This document shows positions 23,603 through 32,745 of a DNA stretch of 46,189 bases, one piece after another. The stretch lies in assembly GCA_039922455.1 (NCBI GenBank), contig JBDTEP010000122.1:1-46189 (forward strand). Reading direction: 5' to 3'. Every line of letters starts with the position of its first letter. Within the stretch, counting starts at the first letter, position 1. The notes beneath the pieces were generated by a model that was given only the letters and a program-made list of their open reading frames with translations, was not told the DNA's origin and did no database searches. Source of the stretch: Mycobacterium sp. (GTDB lineage: Bacteria; Actinomycetota; Actinomycetes; Mycobacteriales; Mycobacteriaceae). Both the position numbers and the translations under genes were made by a program.

Positions 23603-23787
23603 CCCACCCAGCCGGATCGTCCCCACTGGGCCCCACTTTTGTTCCCACCGGCTGTGAGCTGGGAATTTTCGGCTGCTTCCGGCATTTTTGGAAGCATCCA
23701 GGGTGGAAATAGTGCCTCTGAGTGGGGCACGCAGGTGAAGTTGGCCCTAGAAATGGTGCGTAGTGGGTGAGTGTGGGGTATCGTGGG
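23603..23787. promoter_or_regulatory. MraZ operator repeats in the dcw promoter region
   Basis: GTGGG at 23763, 23773 and 23783 (10-bp phase, with ATGGT at 23753); inverted CCCAC copies at 23603, 23622, 23632 and 23644. Confidence 0.75.
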
Positions 23788-23819
23788 CTTCACATTGTCG
23801 ACTTGGCGGGAGGTGGCCG

Positions 23820-24251
23820 ATGTTCCTCGGCACCTACACGCCCAAGCTCGATGACAAGGGGCGACTGACACTGCCCGCCAAGTTCCGCGATGCGTTGTCC
23901 GGGGGGTTGATGGTCACCAAGAGCCAGGACCACAGCCTGGCCGTGTACCCGCGGGCCGAGTTCGAACAACTGGCCCGCCGGGCGGCCAAGGCGTCGCGGA
24001 GCAACCCGGACGCGCGGGCCTTCCTGCGCAACCTGGCCGCCGCCACCGACGAGCAACACCCCGACGGCCAGGGCCGGATCACCCTGTCGGCCGACCACCG
24101 CCGCTACGCCGGCCTGTCCAAGGAGTGCGTGGTCATCGGATCGGTCGACTACCTCGAGATCTGGGATGCGCAGGCCTGGAACGACTACCAGCAGACCCAT
24201 GAAGAGAACTTCTCCGCGGCCAGCGATGAAGCACTCAGCGACATCATCTGA
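23820..24251 (+). CDS. mraZ: Division/cell wall cluster transcriptional repressor MraZ
   Basis: [30 protein letters not shown]. Confidence 0.97.
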   Translation: MFLGTYTPKLDDKGRLTLPAKFRDALSGGLMVTKSQDHSLAVYPRAEFEQLARRAAKASRSNPDARAFLRNLAAATDEQHPDGQGRITLSADHRRYAGLSKECVVIGSVDYLEIWDAQAWNDYQQTHEENFSAASDEALSDII

Positions 24252-24256
24252 GCAGG

Positions 24257-24352
24257 CCGCCCGTGCCTCGTGGCCTCTGTCCGAACCGGCCCTGACGTAC
24301 TTCCCCAACGTCAGGTTCGCGCCGTCGGGCAGGGACCTCGATGCAGGGGCGG
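24257..24352 (+). ncRNA. mraW RNA motif (actinobacterial cis-regulatory hairpin)
   Basis: Long hairpin with CTGACGT/ACGTCAG stem closing a CTTCCCC loop (24300-24306), directly upstream of rsmH/mraW. Confidence 0.8.
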
Positions 24353-24378
24353 ACCACTCTCGACAGGGAGGTGTCGCG

Positions 24379-25386
24379 GTGGCGGAGCAGGGCGAGTTCG
24401 GGCACGTGCCGGTGCTGCTGGAGCGTTGCGTGGAGTTGCTGGCCCCCGCACTGACCCGGCAATCATCCGACGGATCGGGCGCGACGCTCATCGACGCCAC
24501 CCTCGGCGCGGGCGGGCACGCGGAACGCTTTTTGACCGACTTTCCGGGTCTGCGGCTCATCGGCCTCGACCGCGACCCCACCGCCCTCGACATCGCCGGC
24601 AGCCGGTTGTCCCGTTTCTCCGATCGCCTCACCACGGTGCGCACCCGCTACGACGGAATCGGTGCCGCGCTGGCGGAAACCGGCCTGGCCACAACCGGAT
24701 CGATCGACGGAGTGCTGTTCGACCTCGGCGTCTCGTCGATGCAGCTGGACCGGGTGGAGCGGGGCTTCTCCTACTCCCACGATGCCCCACTGGACATGCG
24801 GATGGACCCACACGGTGAGTTGACGGCTGCCGACATCCTCAATACCTACGACGCGGCCGCGCTGGCAGACATCCTGCGCCGCTACGGCGAGGAACGCTTC
24901 GCATCCCGGATCGCGAAGCGCATCGTCCGCCACCGGGCGCAGGCGCCGTTTACGTCGACGGGGGAGTTGACGGCCCTGCTCTACGAGGCGATTCCGGCGC
25001 CGGCGCGGCGTACCGGCGGGCATCCGGCGAAGCGGACCTTTCAGGCGCTGCGTATCGCGGTCAACGGTGAACTGGACTCGCTGCGCGGTGCAGTCCCGGC
25101 CGCGCTGAACGCACTGGCGGTGGGCGGCCGCGTCGCGGTGATGGCCTACCAGTCGCTGGAGGACCGGATAGTTAAGCAGGCGTTCGCCGCGGCGACCGCG
25201 TCGCGCACCCCGGTTGGTCTCCCGGTCGAATTGCCCGGCGACGAACCGAAATTTACGGCGCTGACCCGGGGGGCCGAACGGGCCCAACCCGATGAGGTCG
25301 AGCGCAACCCGCGAGCGGGGTCGGTCCGACTGCGGGCAGTGCAGCGGGTTGCGGCCGGGCCGATTGCGGTATCGAAGGGGGATTGA
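24379..25386 (+). CDS. rsmH: 16S rRNA m4C1402 methyltransferase
   Basis: [48 protein letters not shown]. Confidence 0.97.
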   Translation: MAEQGEFGHVPVLLERCVELLAPALTRQSSDGSGATLIDATLGAGGHAERFLTDFPGLRLIGLDRDPTALDIAGSRLSRFSDRLTTVRTRYDGIGAALAETGLATTGSIDGVLFDLGVSSMQLDRVERGFSYSHDAPLDMRMDPHGELTAADILNTYDAAALADILRRYGEERFASRIAKRIVRHRAQAPFTSTGELTALLYEAIPAPARRTGGHPAKRTFQALRIAVNGELDSLRGAVPAALNALAVGGRVAVMAYQSLEDRIVKQAFAAATASRTPVGLPVELPGDEPKFTALTRGAERAQPDEVERNPRAGSVRLRAVQRVAAGPIAVSKGD

Positions 25387-26393
25387 TGGCGGCCAAGCGT
25401 AAACCTGCAGTGCGGCAAGGCGACCGCCGCCGAAGCCCCGAGGGTGCGACCCGTACCGGGCCACGCCGCACCAATGAGGCGCCGCAGTCCCGACGCAACC
25501 GGCGCCAGGGCGGGACCGCGTCAGCATCGGGGCCTGAATCACGGCCGCGGTCCGGGCCGCAGAACACGGCTTCGTCTCGTCGTGAGCCCCGTCCCGGCGC
25601 CCGGCCGGTGCCGCCGAAGAACACCAAGCAGGCCAAGGCACGGGCCAAGGCGCGAAAGGCCAAGGCGCCCAAGGTGGTGCGTGTTCCACTACGGGAACGC
25701 CTGATCGCCCGGCTGGCCTCGATCGACCTGCGGCCACGCACCCTGGCGGCCAAGGTTCCGTTCGTCGTGTTGGTCATCGGCTCGCTCGGTATCGGGCTCG
25801 GGATCACGCTGTGGTTGTCGACGGATGCCGCCGAGCGCTCTTACCAGTTGGGCAGCATCCGGGAAAACAACCGGGTCTTGCTGCAGCAGAAGGAGGCACT
25901 CGAGCGTGACGTGCTCACCGCCGAGTCTGCGCCGGCACTCGCCGAGGCAGCGCGCGAGCTGGGCATGATTCCGACCAGGGACACCGCGCATCTGATCCAG
26001 GATCCGATCGGCAACTGGGTGGTCGTCGGAGTTCCGAAGCCGGCCGAAGGTGTGTCGCCGCCGCCGCTGAACACCAAGTTGCCCGACGACCGGCCGGTGA
26101 CCCCACCCGCCGAGGTGCCGGTCCGGGTGCCGGCGCCCGGGCCGAAGCTGCGTCCCCAGCACCTGCCGGACGCCGGGCTGCCCCCGGTCGGCGTGCCCGG
26201 CGCGCCCCTGACGGTTCCCGGCCTGCCCGGTGCGCCCCTGCTCGGCCCGCCGCCGGGGCCTGCGCCGGAGGCCGTCCTGCCGCCAGTCGCACCGCCACCC
26301 GAGGCCGTCCTCCCGCCGGAGGCCGGGCCGGCGCCCCAGCCCCCGCCGCTGGAGGCGGTGCTACCGCCGGCGGTACCGGGAGCCGCGCGATGA
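25386..26393 (+). CDS. ftsL: Cell division protein FtsL-like (Rv2164c homologue)
   Basis: Basic N-terminus, single TM helix, coiled coil, ARELGM, Pro-rich tail; between rsmH and ftsI. Confidence 0.8.
   Translation: MAAKRKPAVRQGDRRRSPEGATRTGPRRTNEAPQSRRNRRQGGTASASGPESRPRSGPQNTASSRREPRPGARPVPPKNTKQAKARAKARKAKAPKVVRVPLRERLIARLASIDLRPRTLAAKVPFVVLVIGSLGIGLGITLWLSTDAAERSYQLGSIRENNRVLLQQKEALERDVLTAESAPALAEAARELGMIPTRDTAHLIQDPIGNWVVVGVPKPAEGVSPPPLNTKLPDDRPVTPPAEVPVRVPAPGPKLRPQHLPDAGLPPVGVPGAPLTVPGLPGAPLLGPPPGPAPEAVLPPVAPPPEAVLPPEAGPAPQPPPLEAVLPPAVPGAAR
26265..26369 (+). repeat. Three imperfect coding repeats, (P/L)EAVLPP
   Basis: Copies at 26265-26285, 26298-26318 and 26349-26369. Confidence 0.8.
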
Positions 26394-28357
26394 GACGGGC
26401 CGGCCCGGCGGGCCGCACCAACGGTTCGGCCAAGCCCGCCAAGTCCAGCAAGCCCGCCAAGCCCGCCAAGCCCAGAAAGCTGCCGAAAGGGGTTTCGGCG
26501 GAGGGGCATTCGGCCCGGGACCGTCGTACCCGGCCGGCCACCGAACTGGGTCTGCGCAGCGCGTCGTTCGTCTTCCGGCATCGCGTCGGCAACGGCGTCA
26601 TCCTCCTGGTGCTGGCCCTGTCGGCGGCACAGCTGTTCAATCTGCAGGTCCCGCGGGCGTCCGGGCTACGGGCCGAAGCCGCCGGACAGCTCAAGGTCAC
26701 CGACATCCAACAAGCGATGCGCGGAGACATCATCGACCGCAACGGCGACAAACTGGCGTTCACCATCGAAGCCCGGGCCTTGACGTTCCAGCCGATCAAG
26801 GTGGGCAAGCAGCTCGAAGATGCCAAGAAGAAGAACCCCGCCGCCCCTGATCCGCAGCAACGACTGCAGGAGATCGCCAGGGAGGTCGCCGTCCGGGTCG
26901 GGGACAAGACGGACGCTGCGACGGTGCTGAAGAAGTTGCGCAGCAACGAGACTTTCGTCTACCTCGCTCGTGCTGTCGACCCGGCCCTGGCCGAGGCGAT
27001 CATCGACAAGTGCCCGGAGGTCGGCAGCGAGCGCCAGGATCTGCGGCAGTATCCGGGCGGGTCACTGGCGGCCAACATCGTCGGCGGCATCGATTGGGAC
27101 GGCCACGGCCTGCTGGGTCTGGAGGACTCGATGGACGCCGTGCTGGCCGGAACGGACGGGTCGGTCACGTACGACCGCGGCTCCGACGGGGTGGTGATTC
27201 CGGGCAGCTACCGCAACCGGCACCGGGCCGCCAACGGGTCGACGATCCAGCTCACCCTCGACGACGATATCCAGTTCTACGTCCAGCAGCAGGTACAGCA
27301 GGCCAAGAACGTCTCCGGTGCCCGCAACGTCTCGGCGGTGGTGCTCGACACGAAAACCGGCGAGGTGCTGGCGATGGCCGGCGACAACACTTTCGACCCG
27401 TCTCAGGACATCGGGCGTCAGGAGGACCGGCAGCTCGGAAATCCGGCGGTGTCGTCGCCGTTCGAGCCGGGTTCGGTGAACAAGGTGATCACCGCCGCGT
27501 CGGTCATCGAGTACGGGCTGAGCAATCCCGACGAGATACTGCAGGTTCCCGGATCGATCAACATTGCCGATGTAACCGTCAGCGATGCCTGGGTGCACGG
27601 CGTCACGCCCTACACCACGACCGGGATCTTCGGTAAGTCCTCCAACGTGGGCACCCTGATGCTGGCGCAGCGAGTGGGGCCCGAGCGTTGGTTCGACATG
27701 CTGGAGAAGTTCGGGCTTGGTCAGCGCACCGGAGTGGGACTGCCCGGGGAGAGCGCCGGGCTGGTCCCGCCGGTCGATCAGTGGTCGGGTAGCTCGTTCG
27801 CGAACCTGCCTATCGGCCAGGGGCTTTCGATGACACTGCTGCAGATGGCCGGGATGTACCAGACCATCGCCAATGACGGACTGCGGATCTCGCCGCGCAT
27901 TGTCAAGGCGACCATCGCCCCCGACGGCAGCCGCACCGAGGAACCCCGGCCGGAAGGCGTTCGGGCCGTTTCGGAGCTGACCGCCCGGACCGTGCGCAAC
28001 ATGCTGCGTTCGGTGGTGCAGCGCGACCCGACCGGCGTTCAGCAGGGCACCGGGTGGCAGGCGGCGGTGGACGGCTACCAGATCGCCGGAAAGACCGGCA
28101 CCGCACAGCAGATCAACCCCGGCTGCGGTTGCTACTACGACGACGTCTACTGGATCACGTTCGCCGGGATAGCGCCCGCGGACAATCCGCGCTACGTCAT
28201 CGGCCTGATGGTGGACAACCCCCACCGTGCGGCCGACGGATCACCGGGCACCTCGGCCGCGCCGCTGTTCCACAACATCGCCAGCTGGCTGTTACAGCGC
28301 GGGAACGTGCCACTGTCGGCTGACCCCGGCCCGCCGCAGATCCTGGAGCCGATGTAG
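26390..28357 (+). CDS. ftsI: Penicillin-binding protein 3 (FtsI/PbpB)
   Basis: RGDIIDRNG, EPGSVNK (SxxK), SSN, KTG; ATGA overlap with ftsL. Confidence 0.96.
   Translation: MRRAGPAGRTNGSAKPAKSSKPAKPAKPRKLPKGVSAEGHSARDRRTRPATELGLRSASFVFRHRVGNGVILLVLALSAAQLFNLQVPRASGLRAEAAGQLKVTDIQQAMRGDIIDRNGDKLAFTIEARALTFQPIKVGKQLEDAKKKNPAAPDPQQRLQEIAREVAVRVGDKTDAATVLKKLRSNETFVYLARAVDPALAEAIIDKCPEVGSERQDLRQYPGGSLAANIVGGIDWDGHGLLGLEDSMDAVLAGTDGSVTYDRGSDGVVIPGSYRNRHRAANGSTIQLTLDDDIQFYVQQQVQQAKNVSGARNVSAVVLDTKTGEVLAMAGDNTFDPSQDIGRQEDRQLGNPAVSSPFEPGSVNKVITAASVIEYGLSNPDEILQVPGSINIADVTVSDAWVHGVTPYTTTGIFGKSSNVGTLMLAQRVGPERWFDMLEKFGLGQRTGVGLPGESAGLVPPVDQWSGSSFANLPIGQGLSMTLLQMAGMYQTIANDGLRISPRIVKATIAPDGSRTEEPRPEGVRAVSELTARTVRNMLRSVVQRDPTGVQQGTGWQAAVDGYQIAGKTGTAQQINPGCGCYYDDVYWITFAGIAPADNPRYVIGLMVDNPHRAADGSPGTSAAPLFHNIASWLLQRGNVPLSADPGPPQILEPM
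26431..26473 (+). repeat. 9-bp tandem repeat CAAGCCCGC (KPA) in the FtsI cytoplasmic tail
   Basis: caagcccgc caagtccag caagcccgc caagcccgc caagccc. Confidence 0.85.
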
Positions 28358-28513
28358 GGGTTACGCCGTGCCGGGGGTGCTGCGTTGGCCTTCAGCGTGT
28401 CGAGAATGAGCACGATGACGTCGATGTCTGCCTTTTCAGTGAGCTCCTTGGCAAGTGCTTCGTCTGGGCGTTGAACTTCGCAGCGAGCTTGGCGACGTCA
28501 TCGCGGCTCAACG

Positions 28514-28707
28514 GTGGACGTGACCGCGTTGGCTGACGCCATGGCTGCCGCGGGTGGCATCGTCCTCAAGCCGGCCAGCCTGGCCGGTTCGGTGGGGTAT
28601 TCCACGCGTATGTCCAAGACCCCAACGGACTGATCTGGGAAATCGCCCACAATCCCGACTGGCGGATCGAGTCCGATGGCACGGTGCGCCTGGGCCTGAC
28701 GTCGTAG
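28514..28707 (+). pseudogene. VOC/glyoxalase-family gene remnant (5'-truncated, frameshifted)
   Basis: [21 protein letters not shown], then another frame gives [25 protein letters not shown]; restoring one C near 28576 gives KPAQPGRFGG. Confidence 0.75.
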
Positions 28708-28745
28708 GGTGACGACGGTAGGTAGCGCGAAAGGACGGCACCACG

Positions 28746-29192
28746 ATGCCCACTCTGCTGAGCATGGCGCTGGGCGCAGCACCCATCTTCGGTGGAGCGC
28801 TGCTGACCGCGGCGGCGGGGCAGTTCAAAGGCCCTGATCCGCGCGGCTTGATCAAAGCGGACCTCGACCTGCTCGACCGGATACCGCCGGAGCAGATGAA
28901 GCGGCGCGCGGACCTGCAACGCACCATCGGCGAGCGGATCGACGACTTGGTCGTCGCGTCTGACCGGACCAGGGCATTGCGGGCCGCGGCGATCTCCTAT
29001 CAGGGCAGCTGGCGCGACCTGGTGCTGTTCGTGTGCTCGGCACTGTTCACTTACGTCTGGTGGCACGTTAGCCACGACCGCGGAAATTGGTTGCCGATGT
29101 TCGTCGTACTGATCCTGGCGTGCGTGATGACCGCGAGCTATGCGCTGCGCGGGACGCTGCGGGGCGTGGCGCGGACGCGGCGTCAGCCATGA
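28746..29192 (+). CDS. Hypothetical membrane protein
   Basis: GAAAGGA SD, hydrophobic N-terminus and two C-terminal TM segments, ATGA coupling to the next gene. Confidence 0.7.
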   Translation: MPTLLSMALGAAPIFGGALLTAAAGQFKGPDPRGLIKADLDLLDRIPPEQMKRRADLQRTIGERIDDLVVASDRTRALRAAAISYQGSWRDLVLFVCSALFTYVWWHVSHDRGNWLPMFVVLILACVMTASYALRGTLRGVARTRRQP

Positions 29193-30721
29193 CAGGCATC
29201 ATCGAGATTCCCCGCCGGCACAACCCTTTTCCGACGGCCGGGATAGTGCGCGACCGCAACGGCGTCGCGCACTACGAACGGCTACCCGCAACCCTGCTCG
29301 ACCTCCTGGCGGAGCAGTCCGAGCATCGGCCAGACAGTGAGGCCGTCGTCGAACTCGGTGCCGGCCGGCTCACCTACCGGCAGCTGTGGCAGCGGTCGGC
29401 GCGGGTGGCCGGTGGGCTGCGCGCCGAAGGCCTCGGGCGCGGGGACCGGGTCGGAGTGCGCTACCCGGCGGGGCTCGATTGGGTGCTGGCGTTCTGGGGG
29501 ACGCTGATGGCCGGCGGCATACCGGTGGCCGTCAACACGCGTTCGGCCGCCCCGGAAGTCGACTTCGTGCTCACCGATGCCGGGGTGCGGGTGGACCTGG
29601 CGCCCGGCACCGCGTTGCCCGACGGGCAACCGCATGTGGTGGACGGGCTCGAACCAAGCGACACCGCGGCGCTGTTCTACACCTCCGGCACCACCGGGCG
29701 TCCGAAAGGGGTGCCCACCACCCACGAAGCGTTCTTGACCAACGCCGAGAACATGGTGCGCGCCCTGGGCCGGCCGCGTGACCTCGGCGAGGAGTTCCGC
29801 ACCCTGATCTCGGTCCCGCTGTTCCACGTGACCGGTTGCAACTCACAATTATTGGTCGCCGTCTACACCGGGGGTACGGCGGTGATCATGCCGGCGCTGA
29901 ACCTTCCCGAGTTAATCACGACGCTTCCTGCGCAACGGATTTCGTCGATGGTAACGGTGCCTGCCGTCTACTCGCTGCTGCTGCGGAACCCCGACTTCGC
30001 CGGGGTCGACGTGTCCGGGGTGCGATGGGTCGGGTACGGCGGTGCCCCGACGGCGCCCGCGCTGGTGCGGTCGCTGCGCGACGCGTTCGCTGCGGCAACG
30101 GTGTTCAATGGATACGGCATGACCGAGACCGCCTCGCTGATGTCGGTGTTGCCGGACTCCGACGCGGTCGCCCACGCGGACTCGGTCGGCTACGCGGTGC
30201 CGTCGGGAGACATCGGTGTCGCCCCCCTGGGCGACGATCCGGCCACCGGCGAGCTGGTGGTGCGCGGTGCGAATGTGATGGGCGGGTACTGGAATCGGCC
30301 CGAAGCCACCGCCGCCACGATCGTCGACGGTTGGCTGCATACCGGTGATGTGGTCCGCATCGACGATGTCGGGCGGGTGCACATCATCGACCGGCTCAAG
30401 GACATCATCATCCGTGGCGGCGAGAATGTCTCCAGCGTCGAGGTGGAGGCCGCGCTGCTGTCGGCTCCCGGGGTCGTCGACGCCTGCGTGTTGGCGGTGC
30501 CCGACGACGTGATGGGCGAGAAGGTTGGCGCGGTGCTGCTCGGTGACCAGCAGGGGGTCGATGTGGCCGCGGTGCTTGACTACTGCCGGGGTCAGCTCGC
30601 GGATTTCAAGTTGCCGCAGTACATCACCGTGGTCTCCGACGTGCTGCCGCGCACCGCGAGCGGCAAATTGCTCAAGGGACAGCTGCGTGAGCAGGTGCGA
30701 TGGGGCCCGCCGTTGCGATGA
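29189..30721 (+). CDS. Acyl-CoA synthetase (class I adenylate-forming)
   Basis: [33 protein letters not shown]. Confidence 0.92.
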   Translation: MTGIIEIPRRHNPFPTAGIVRDRNGVAHYERLPATLLDLLAEQSEHRPDSEAVVELGAGRLTYRQLWQRSARVAGGLRAEGLGRGDRVGVRYPAGLDWVLAFWGTLMAGGIPVAVNTRSAAPEVDFVLTDAGVRVDLAPGTALPDGQPHVVDGLEPSDTAALFYTSGTTGRPKGVPTTHEAFLTNAENMVRALGRPRDLGEEFRTLISVPLFHVTGCNSQLLVAVYTGGTAVIMPALNLPELITTLPAQRISSMVTVPAVYSLLLRNPDFAGVDVSGVRWVGYGGAPTAPALVRSLRDAFAAATVFNGYGMTETASLMSVLPDSDAVAHADSVGYAVPSGDIGVAPLGDDPATGELVVRGANVMGGYWNRPEATAATIVDGWLHTGDVVRIDDVGRVHIIDRLKDIIIRGGENVSSVEVEAALLSAPGVVDACVLAVPDDVMGEKVGAVLLGDQQGVDVAAVLDYCRGQLADFKLPQYITVVSDVLPRTASGKLLKGQLREQVRWGPPLR

Positions 30722-30730
30722 AACCCACCC

Positions 30731-30752
30731 TGTCGGTGGCTCGCGCTAGGTT
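30731..30752 (+). promoter_or_regulatory. PafBC-dependent (RecA-NDp) leaderless promoter of rmuC
   Basis: TGTCGG-tggctcgcgc(N10)-TAGGTT-6 nt-ATG. Confidence 0.8.
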
Positions 30753-30758
30753 GCGCGC

Positions 30759-32024
30759 ATGGACACGGCCCTGCTGATTCTCCTTACCTCACTTGCCTTG
30801 CTGGCGGTGATCCTCTTGGTCGTGCTGCTCGTGCGTCCGGGTGGCGCGGCGATCTCGCCCGAGCAGCTCGCCGCGCTGCGCGGCGACAGTGCGCGCGTGG
30901 AGCGAACGCTGCGCGAAGAGCAGCACGCCGGGCGGGCGGAGCTCGCGCAGGCGTTCCACCAGTGGCAGACGACCCTGCACCGCTTCGGGTCGACCCTGCA
31001 GGAGACGCAGGAGAAGCAGGGCGGCACCCTGGATCGGCAGCTCAAAATCCTGCAGACCGAGAACACCGCGCAATTGGAGAAGATGCGCGCGACGGTGGAC
31101 GAAAAGCTGCAAGCGACACTGGAAACCCGGCTGGCCCAGTCCTTCACGCAGATCTCGGAGCGTCTGGAAGCCGTACAGCGGGGTCTGGGTGAGATGCAGT
31201 CATTGGCCACCGGGGTGGGCGACTTGAAGCGGGTCCTGACCAACGTCAAGACCCGCGGGATCTTCGGCGAGGCGCAACTGGCTGCGCTGCTGGCCGAGTT
31301 GCTGACGCCCGAACAGTACGCCACCAATGTCAGCACGGTTCCGGGTTCGACTGCGCGGGTGGAGTTTGCGATCCGCTTGCCCGGCGGAACCGGCGGCGGT
31401 GAGGTGCTGTTGCCGATCGACGCCAAATTTCCGCGCGAGGACTTCGAGCGTCTGCTTGACGCACAGGAGCAGGTTGATGTGGCGGGGGAGGCCGCCGCGC
31501 GGCAGGCCTTGATCCGACGGGTTGAAGCCGAAGCCGGTGACATCCACGACAAGTACATCGCGCCGCCGCACACGACAGACTTCGCGATCCTGTTCCTGGC
31601 CACCGAGAGTCTGTACGCCGAGGTGCTGCGTCAACCGGGGTTGTTCGAGCGGATCCAGGCCAAGTATCAGGTCACCCTGGCCGGGCCTACCACGTTGGCC
31701 GCTTTGCTCAACAGCCTGCGGATGGGATTTCGCACGTTGGCCATCGAACAGCGCAGCAGCGAGGTGTGGCAGGTCCTCGGCGCGGTCAAGACCGAGTTCG
31801 GGAAGTTTGCGGCCGTGCTTGAGAAGACCCGCAAGCAACTCGACTCGGCCCGGAACACCATCGACACCGCCGGCGTACGAACCCGTGCTATCGAACGCAA
31901 GCTGCGCGGGGTCGAAACGCTGCCCGGACCGGAGGCCGAAGCCATGCTGGACGGACTCGCGGCCTTAGAAGGAGAAGCCGGAGAAGCCGGAGAATTGGAT
32001 GAACTTGACATCGAATTCAGATAA
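30759..32024 (+). CDS. rmuC: DNA recombination protein RmuC
   Basis: N-terminal TM helix, coiled coil, KTRGIFGE, VEFAIRLP, PIDAKFP, TTDFAILF, GPTTL. Confidence 0.92.
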   Translation: MDTALLILLTSLALLAVILLVVLLVRPGGAAISPEQLAALRGDSARVERTLREEQHAGRAELAQAFHQWQTTLHRFGSTLQETQEKQGGTLDRQLKILQTENTAQLEKMRATVDEKLQATLETRLAQSFTQISERLEAVQRGLGEMQSLATGVGDLKRVLTNVKTRGIFGEAQLAALLAELLTPEQYATNVSTVPGSTARVEFAIRLPGGTGGGEVLLPIDAKFPREDFERLLDAQEQVDVAGEAAARQALIRRVEAEAGDIHDKYIAPPHTTDFAILFLATESLYAEVLRQPGLFERIQAKYQVTLAGPTTLAALLNSLRMGFRTLAIEQRSSEVWQVLGAVKTEFGKFAAVLEKTRKQLDSARNTIDTAGVRTRAIERKLRGVETLPGPEAEAMLDGLAALEGEAGEAGELDELDIEFR

Positions 32025-32027
32025 GAT
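32001..32027 (+). promoter_or_regulatory. Putative TetR operator 1 and -10 box (TAAGAT) of leaderless tetR
   Basis: GAACTTGACATCGAATTCAGATA, 20/23 identical to 32683-32705. Confidence 0.75.
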
Positions 32028-32033
32028 GCCGGG

Positions 32034-32690
32034 ATGGACGCCGTTTCGACCGCCCCGGTCCGCCAACTGCCGGCGACGGTGCGTGGGGCGCGGACCCGGG
32101 CGGCGTTGGTCGCCGCGGCCCGCAAGGTGTTCGAGCGGGACGGTTACCTCGACGCCAAGCTGACCGACATCGCCAAGGCGGCCGGTTGCGCGACCGGGTC
32201 GTTCTACACCTACTTCACGAACAAAGAGGAGATCTTCGCGGCCGTCCTCGAACAGACGCAGCAGGACATGATGCATCCGGGCATGGGCCGGGTGAGCGGC
32301 ACCGACGACCCGTATGCGGTGCTCGAGGCAAGCAATCGTGCCTATCTGGAGGCATATCGGCGCAATGCGAAGTTGATGGGTCTGCTCGAGCAGGTTTCCC
32401 AGGTTGATCCCAAGTTCCGCGACTTCAGGTCGCGGCGCGCCGACGCATTCATCGATCGCAACGCCGCTGGAATCGCCGACCTGCAGGAGCGGGGGATCGC
32501 CGACGCCGACGTTGATCCGCTACTGGCCTCGCGGGCGCTGTCGGGGATGGTCAGCCGCCTGGCGTACAGCATCTTTGTGGCCGGGGAGGTGCCTGACAGT
32601 TCCGGCGGGGACTTCGAAACGCTGGTCGCCACGGTGACCCGGCTGTGGGCCAACGCCCTGCAGTTCCGCTCGATCGGCAATCGAACTTGA
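32034..32690 (+). CDS. TetR-family transcriptional regulator
   Basis: HTH AARKVF..DIAKAAGCATGSFYTYFTNKEEIF. Confidence 0.93.
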   Translation: MDAVSTAPVRQLPATVRGARTRAALVAAARKVFERDGYLDAKLTDIAKAAGCATGSFYTYFTNKEEIFAAVLEQTQQDMMHPGMGRVSGTDDPYAVLEASNRAYLEAYRRNAKLMGLLEQVSQVDPKFRDFRSRRADAFIDRNAAGIADLQERGIADADVDPLLASRALSGMVSRLAYSIFVAGEVPDSSGGDFETLVATVTRLWANALQFRSIGNRT

Positions 32691-32709
32691 AATCGGATTC
32701 AAATACTGT
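32683..32709 (+). promoter_or_regulatory. Putative TetR operator 2 and -10 box (TACTGT) of the catabolic operon
   Basis: GAACTTGAAATCGGATTCAAATA with TTGA-N8-TCAA palindrome. Confidence 0.75.
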
Positions 32710-32745
32710 GATGGCGCTGCGAGCGCAGGAGCGAGGAACTTGCCC

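Noticed and set aside
32005-32010. TTGACA as the -35 box of tetR
   Set aside because: Only 11 nt from the -10 box; better explained as an operator half-site.
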